The position numbers were made by a program, and so were the translations under genes. Shown in pieces: positions 59,989 to 64,000 of a stretch of 64,000 bases of DNA (positions within the stretch are counted from its first letter, which is position 1; every line of letters starts with the position of its first letter). The stretch lies in IMG/VR virus record IMGVR_UViG_3300032268_001179. One strand, given 5' to 3'. The notes under the pieces are model-generated. The model was given only the letters and a program-made list of their open reading frames with translations, had not been told where the DNA came from and did not search any database. This DNA comes from an uncultured virus (IMG/VR IMGVR_UViG_3300032268_001179) (taxonomy: Duplodnaviria; Heunggongvirae; Uroviricota; Caudoviricetes).

Positions 59989-60373
59989 TTTTTTTTACAA
60001 TTTCCCAATCTAGTCCACTATCCTTATTCAATCTAAAGTAGTAATGACCACCAGTAGAATACGCTCTGAACTTTAACATCCAAAAGATTGTATTTTTCAA
60101 TTCGGCGATTATAGATTCATTACCACTCCATCCTATGGTATGTAATTCAAACATACCATCTTCTTCTTTATACCCATAATCATAATACCATAATTCTTTG
60201 ATGTAGTTTAGGAGTTCGGTATAATCGGTATTATCGAAAAACTTACCATATACCAACTCACCATCAATCTTCTCACTACCCCAATTTCTAATATATTGAA
60301 GTGATTCTTCAGTTGGATATCCATCTTCATCAAACAAATGGAATGGGTACAAATAATCTAATTTCTTTTCCAT
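59978..60373 (-). CDS. conserved phage protein (DGYPT..LHT.GWSGNE.II..GGHY)
   Basis: motif pattern. Confidence 0.75.
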   Translation of the reverse strand: MEKKLDYLYPFHLFDEDGYPTEESLQYIRNWGSEKIDGELVYGKFFDNTDYTELLNYIKELWYYDYGYKEEDGMFELHTIGWSGNESIIAELKNTIFWMLKFRAYSTGGHYYFRLNKDSGLDWEIVKKNEN

Positions 60374-60387
60374 GTTTTTATGTTTTG

Positions 60388-60464
60388 TAGTCAGGGTCGG
60401 ACTCGAACCGAAGAAGCAACCATAAAGGATTCAGGAACCATTCCCTCATTACGCCCACCCGACT
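60388..60464 (-). ncRNA. tRNA-like RNA TL2 (AGTCAGG family)
   Basis: AGTCGGG/CCTGACT-A; TCGG-TTCGAGT-CCGA T arm; no anticodon arm. Confidence 0.7.
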
Positions 60465-60471
60465 ATCCTAA

Positions 60472-60573
60472 TTACAAAAGCCTAGACCAAATCTTAATAA
60501 TAGCATCCCTTTGAGGGGATGGTTCTAGCCTTGACCATCTATCAATCCATTCTTTAATTTCTTCTTTACTCAC
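60472..60573 (-). CDS. 33-aa hypothetical peptide
   Basis: GTG start; MSKEEIKEWIDRWSRLEPSPQRDAIIKIWSRLL read manually. Confidence 0.5.
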   Translation of the reverse strand: MSKEEIKEWIDRWSRLEPSPQRDAIIKIWSRLL

Positions 60574-60595
60574 AACTTTTAATTTTTTCACCTGA

Positions 60596-60733
60596 CTATC
60601 CTAATTTCCACCACCTACCACATTTTTGACATTCTTGTGGTCCATAAGCTTTATGCATTTTATGTTTATCTAAAACAAAGCCATGTACAAATAAACACCA
60701 TACGTTTCCAAATTGCCTAATAATCCATTTCAT
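60596..60733 (-). CDS. 45-aa Cys/His peptide
   Basis: read manually; WC...H..ECQKCG. Confidence 0.5.
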   Translation of the reverse strand: MKWIIRQFGNVWCLFVHGFVLDKHKMHKAYGPQECQKCGRWWKLG

Positions 60734-60747
60734 ATATTTTTTATTTG

Positions 60748-60828
60748 TAGTCAGGACAGGTACTGCCCCTGTTGCTTGGTCTTTTGCGTTTCAGCGTCAC
60801 CCACGAGTTACTTTTACACTACCTGACT
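60748..60828 (-). ncRNA. tRNA-like RNA TL3 (AGTCAGG family)
   Basis: AGTCAGG/CCTGACT-A; ACAGG-GGCAGTA-CCTGT. Confidence 0.7.
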
Positions 60829-60829
60829 A

Positions 60830-60968
60830 TGTTGAGGATGAGAAGTCCTCTGTGTTGTAGTGCACGATTATGTTTTCCATAATTCAAGTAATGTCACTCA
60901 TCTTTATGTCTCCTTTCTCAAGGGTACAACACGTTGTAATAGAGTGGGTCTATTCCCCACAGTCAACA
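60830..60968 (-). ncRNA. unknown multi-stem RNA
   Basis: TGTTGA/TCAACA, GTGGG/CCCAC, GTGTTGTA/TACAACAC, ATTATG/CATAAT, GAGGA/TCCTC. Confidence 0.55.
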
Positions 60969-61064
60969 GAACTTGAAACTTACCTACGAGAGAGAGGTAT
61001 TCTGTGTGATCGTTCCCATTGCCTAAACAGTGTCTAGTATGCCTTCGGTTGCCTCTCGTGTCAG

Positions 61065-61207
61065 TAGTCAGGACAGGATTTGAACCTGTATGATTGAAAA
61101 GACCAATTTTATTCGGTTCTTCGGGATGGTCAACATATTTAATGTGATGTCTCACGGCCCGACTAATCAATCACCCATTACACGTCTACCAATTTCGCCA
61201 CCTGACC
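61065..61207 (-). ncRNA. tRNA-like RNA TL4 (AGTCAGG family, Leu-type D arm, long arm instead of anticodon arm)
   Basis: GGTCAGG/CCTGACT-A; TGGCGAAATTGGTAGACG; ACAGG-TTCAAAT-CCTGT. Confidence 0.7.
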
Positions 61208-61326
61208 AATGTTTTTAGTTACTTTATCAACACTTCTCCAAGAACCACCTCGGCCAGTTTATATCAATTTCACTTAGGTTACGTCATGATTCTGCTGGTT
61301 AAGCGTCCTCAATCTAAACCCGTTTG

Positions 61327-61432
61327 TAGTCAGGACAGGTACTGCCCCTGTTGCTTGGTCTTTTGCTCACAGAGTGTCACTTATGATACTCTGTCAAACG
61401 TCACCCACGAGTTACTTTTACTCTACCTGACT
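61327..61432 (-). ncRNA. tRNA-like RNA TL5 (paralogue of TL3)
   Basis: same frame as TL3 with a different central hairpin. Confidence 0.7.
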
Positions 61433-61436
61433 ATAC

Positions 61437-61619
61437 TGTAATACCGTTTCTTTGGTTTTTACTTATGGTTTGTTCCCCATAACCTGTTGACGTGCACATC
61501 AGAGCAGGGACCTATACAGTGTCTATCGAGCCGTTCCTCACCTTCCAATTATGGTTGCGACCCATTCGGAAGTCGATAGTCCTTTCAGTGAAGCATTATC
61601 ACCTTCTGTAGATATTACA
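61437..61619 (-). ncRNA. unknown ~183-nt multi-stem RNA
   Basis: TGTAATA/TATTACA closing stem; CTATCGA/TCGATAG, CTTCC/GGAAG, CCTG/CAGG, TTATGG/CCATAA. Confidence 0.55.
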
Positions 61620-61622
61620 TTG

Positions 61623-61696
61623 TACTCCGTACGGGACTCGAACCCGTAAGCTCTCCCGTGAAAGGGGAGTGTCCTAACCAATTAGACGAACGGAGC
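61623..61696 (-). tRNA. trnE: tRNA-Glu(UUC)
   Basis: cloverleaf; loop CTTTCAC. Confidence 0.95.
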
Positions 61697-61748
61697 TTGT
61701 TTGTCTTACAAAGATACTACAATATTTCAAAGAACAAAAAGATGTCAT

Positions 61749-61781
61749 AAAAAAACCCCAAACTTTTTTAAGAGTTCGGGG
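61749..61781 (-). terminator. attenuator terminator (3:4 hairpin)
   Basis: CCCCGAACT/AGTTTGGGG stem followed by T7. Confidence 0.85.
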
Positions 61782-61820
61782 TCTAAAAATTTAATTTAAC
61801 TTAAATTAAAAAATTACTTT

Positions 61821-61910
61821 CTATGACATCCGAACTACAGGGCAAATACTTTCATACCAACAATTCTCTTGTTGACTATTACTGTTAATATATTGACCTG
61901 TAGTTCTCAT
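61821..61910 (-). CDS. 29-aa attenuator leader peptide MRTTGQYINSNSQQENCWYESICPVVRMS
   Basis: ATG 61910 to TAG 61821; contains 1:2 hairpin arms and the antiterminator arm; codons match downstream tRNAs. Confidence 0.8.
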   Translation of the reverse strand: MRTTGQYINSNSQQENCWYESICPVVRMS

Positions 61911-61927
61911 TGTATTGATAATTACTT

Positions 61928-61958
61928 CTAATGTATGAAATATTTTTATTTTGTCAAA
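61928..61958 (-). promoter_or_regulatory. putative promoter of the leader/tRNA operon
   Basis: TTTG - 19 nt - TACATTAG (one mismatch to TAnnTTTG); also reads TTGACA..TACATT. Confidence 0.55.
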
Positions 61959-61967
61959 TGTTTTTTG

Positions 61968-62041
61968 TATCCCCGACACGATTCGAACGTGTGACCCCAA
62001 ACTTAGAAGGTTTGCGCTCTATCCAGCTGAGCTACGGAGAC
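61968..62041 (-). tRNA. trnR: tRNA-Arg(UCU)
   Basis: cloverleaf; loop CTTCTAA. Confidence 0.95.
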
Positions 62042-62046
62042 AAATA

Positions 62047-62208
62047 CTACAAAGTATCAATTTTTTTAGCAACTTCTTCGGCCTCAGCCATAAGTTTGTC
62101 AGATGCGGTTCTATTTGTATGTGATAATTTATACGCCTCAGACATGAGTTTGGCGTAGGTTTCTTGTAGTTTTTCTTTTTCTGTTTTCTTCTTAAATAAT
62201 CCGAACAT
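62047..62208 (-). CDS. Lacal_2735-like small protein
   Basis: MFGLFKKKTEKEKLQETYAKLMSEAYKLSHTNRTASDKLMAEAEE.. read manually; family typical of Flavobacteriaceae. Confidence 0.75.
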   Translation of the reverse strand: MFGLFKKKTEKEKLQETYAKLMSEAYKLSHTNRTASDKLMAEAEEVAKKIDTL

Positions 62209-62246
62209 AATATATGAATAACACTATCGTCTTTGAAAGTTTTTAT

Positions 62247-62498
62247 TTAATCTTTATGCCTTGCGGCGTTCAATCTACTTTCAAGTTTATCAAGTCGTGA
62301 ATCAATTGTTCGATAAACATCATCTACAATTCTATCACGATCTCTCATTTGATTTTCAATTTCTCTTGCAAGAAACTGCTCTATTTGTTTAATTTCTTCC
62401 TTCTGTTTATTCACTCTAACAAAAGCAATAACCGCAACCACTGCCACAGCAATGACCACAACTATAGACATTCCTAAAATAAATGATACTAAATCCAT
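62247..62498 (-). CDS. membrane-anchored coiled-coil protein
   Basis: start reassigned to MDLVS; TM segment then IDSRLDKLE. Confidence 0.7.
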   Translation of the reverse strand: MDLVSFILGMSIVVVIAVAVVAVIAFVRVNKQKEEIKQIEQFLAREIENQMRDRDRIVDDVYRTIDSRLDKLESRLNAARHKD

Positions 62499-62585
62499 AT
62501 GATTCTCTCCTTTATTCCAAAGAACGATAGTGTTTGTATCAGAGATGGGAGTCGAACCCACACGGGCTTACGCCCAACAGATTTT

Positions 62586-63279
62586 CTTACCACTATGGTT
62601 TTCACCACCTTCACAGTTTGTGGTCTGGACTATACCTTCACCATATTTTTCAACTTAGGTGTTCCCCGTCTAGTCTCTACACGTTCCCTTTCGGGCTTCG
62701 CTCGGTATTCCCATTTCAAAGGGTTCACCGAATTTGAGGAATTCTACTTAAACGATTTCTCGTCTAGCACTCATGTTCTTGCCTCTATAGTTGTCGGTAA
62801 ATGAATGACAATTAGGACATAGTAATTGTAAATTTTCAATCCTATTATCAAATTTATTACCGTTCACGTGATGTAATTCTAAAGGTATTGGTTTATCAAA
62901 CCACTCAGAATTACTACACATTTCACAAACATGTTTCTTATAATCAAGTTTCAATAGTTGATTTTTCAAATTATAGCTAGAGATTGGTAAACCACTAGAG
63001 TACGTTGAATGCTCAACTAACTTGTGTGAAAGATCTTTAGATTTAGACCATTTTTTCCCTTTGTTCCATGTCATGCCATGAAAGTGAGACGTATCTATAT
63101 CCAACATTTTCAATCTGGTTTTAATATTTGCATAATTACCACCAGCTTCTTTCAAACCAAGTTTTTGTAAAACTTGTCTTACAGACCCACAGTCTTTTAC
63201 TATAGGTTCAAGGTATTCTTTCGTATATTTTGTGTTCATAATAATAAATATCATGAACTATGGTAAACGAAAAAGAATT
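62586..63279 (-). mobile_element. group I intron (trnL/IC3-like) in the anticodon, carrying an HNH ORF
   Basis: 5' exon ends in U, intron ends in G; P AAATTCGGTGAA, Q AATACCGAGC, R GTGTAGAGACTAGACGG, S GAAGGTATAGTCC. Confidence 0.9.
62748..63239 (-). CDS. intron-encoded HNH homing endonuclease
   Basis: CEMC..LELHHVNG...DNRIENLQLLCPNCH. Confidence 0.9.
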   Translation of the reverse strand: MNTKYTKEYLEPIVKDCGSVRQVLQKLGLKEAGGNYANIKTRLKMLDIDTSHFHGMTWNKGKKWSKSKDLSHKLVEHSTYSSGLPISSYNLKNQLLKLDYKKHVCEMCSNSEWFDKPIPLELHHVNGNKFDNRIENLQLLCPNCHSFTDNYRGKNMSARREIV

Positions 63280-63349
63280 AAGTCTGTCATGTATACCATT
63301 CCATCACTCCGACATTGTGAAACAATATTAAAAAAAAATGGTGATATTA

Positions 63350-64000
63350 TCAACTATCACCAAATTCTTCTTCCCATAAAGTATCAGATGCTCCTTCTTC
63401 AGTATTGTATGAATGTGACAAATTGATCACAATATCTTTGAAGTCTAGTGTAAATCTACCCGAGGACCCTTCATTGATTTCCCAACCTGAATAGTAATTT
63501 TCCAACTGATTATACATCCAATCACCTATTTTCTCGGGTATTTCTTGACCATTTGTGAAACTTTCTTCCAAATAACCACTATCTCCACCACCATTGTATG
63601 TTGCCTCCAATTGACCATCCTCAGGAATATCTAAACTGTCCAATAGTCCCTCTTTTTTCCATTCGTCAAAGATTTCGGCACATAATTTTCCATCCCAACT
63701 CATTCCCTCAGCGTCTTGTTCATCATACCAACTCCAATAATGAATTAGTCCAATTTCTTTTTTTACTGCATCAATGTAAATTTCGAATCTTTGGAAAGAA
63801 ATTTCATTTGAAACATCACTTTGGTCACCGAATAAACCATATTTATTGCAATAGTCAATAATTTTTCTTAAAATTGGTTTTAATCCAAAAGGGATATCGA
63901 CGGTGTAGTTGTTAGTAAATTTAGTTAAGTATTGTTCTTGACTCGGTTGAAAATTAATTGTGTCATCCCATGTTTCGAGTTCATATTCTATTTCTGCCCA
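63350..64000 (-). CDS. hypothetical protein, 5'-truncated (C-terminal YNGGGDSG..WEINEGS.G, DUF6878-like)
   Basis: frame is open to the window end. Confidence 0.7.
   Translation of the reverse strand, partial: WAEIEYELETWDDTINFQPSQEQYLTKFTNNYTVDIPFGLKPILRKIIDYCNKYGLFGDQSDVSNEISFQRFEIYIDAVKKEIGLIHYWSWYDEQDAEGMSWDGKLCAEIFDEWKKEGLLDSLDIPEDGQLEATYNGGGDSGYLEESFTNGQEIPEKIGDWMYNQLENYYSGWEINEGSSGRFTLDFKDIVINLSHSYNTEEGASDTLWEEEFGDS

Larger units (their letters stand above)
62537..63313 (-). tRNA. trnL: tRNA-Leu(UAA), exons 63280-63313 and 62537-62585
   Basis: joined exons give ACAGA-CTT^AAAA-TCTGT and a class II cloverleaf. Confidence 0.92.

Noticed and set aside
61210..61325. Another ncRNA between TL5 and TL4
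   Set aside because: Only weak pairings were found by eye; not supportable without folding and covariation analysis.
61437..61619. RNase P RNA or tmRNA identity for the structured RNA
   Set aside because: Lacks the GAGGAAAGUCC/P4 consensus and tmRNA acceptor/T-arm ends; left unassigned.
57290..62804. Track ORFs overlapping tRNAs or the intron (57290, 57446, 57551, 57777, 59298, 59327, 60904, 61931, 62499, 62534)
   Set aside because: Shadow ORFs over RNA genes with no protein-like features.
1..64000. Alternative genetic code (stop-codon reassignment) as in some large phages
   Set aside because: Known genes (thyA, clpP, GH19) are intact under code 11, coding density is high and no suppressor tRNA was seen.

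Overview
AT-rich, gene-dense segment of a very large tailed-phage genome using the standard genetic code, most likely infecting Bacteroidota/Flavobacteriales. Host evidence: TTTG..TAnnTTTG-type promoters, no Shine-Dalgarno sites, a Bacteroidota-type ClpP and a Lacal_2735-like gene. 1-26 kb: many small hypothetical genes preceded by a TATTTAT motif and sharing N-terminal MKYIITE/MKKIIRLTESDL/MNLxENIERI motifs, a repeated intergenic element, several peptidoglycan hydrolases, IscA and an HldE-like sugar-nucleotide module. 26-57 kb: an atypical tRNA-Phe, a Thr/Pro-rich LamG protein, RNA-repair-type phosphoesterases, a GH19 endolysin, a secreted cohesin/CsgG/beta-barrel cluster, thyA, clpP and an HNH nuclease. 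57-63.3 kb: a minus-strand tRNA array with 14 anticodon-bearing tRNAs, five anticodon-less tRNA mimics, several unknown structured RNAs and a tRNA-Leu(UAA) split by a group I intron encoding an HNH endonuclease. The most striking observation is a complete trp/his-style leader-peptide attenuator at 61749-61910, directly upstream of the array. Its 18 consecutive control codons are all read by tRNAs encoded in the array, suggesting a phage sensor of host tRNA depletion that switches on replacement tRNAs. All family assignments are from motif recognition by eye; no searches were run.
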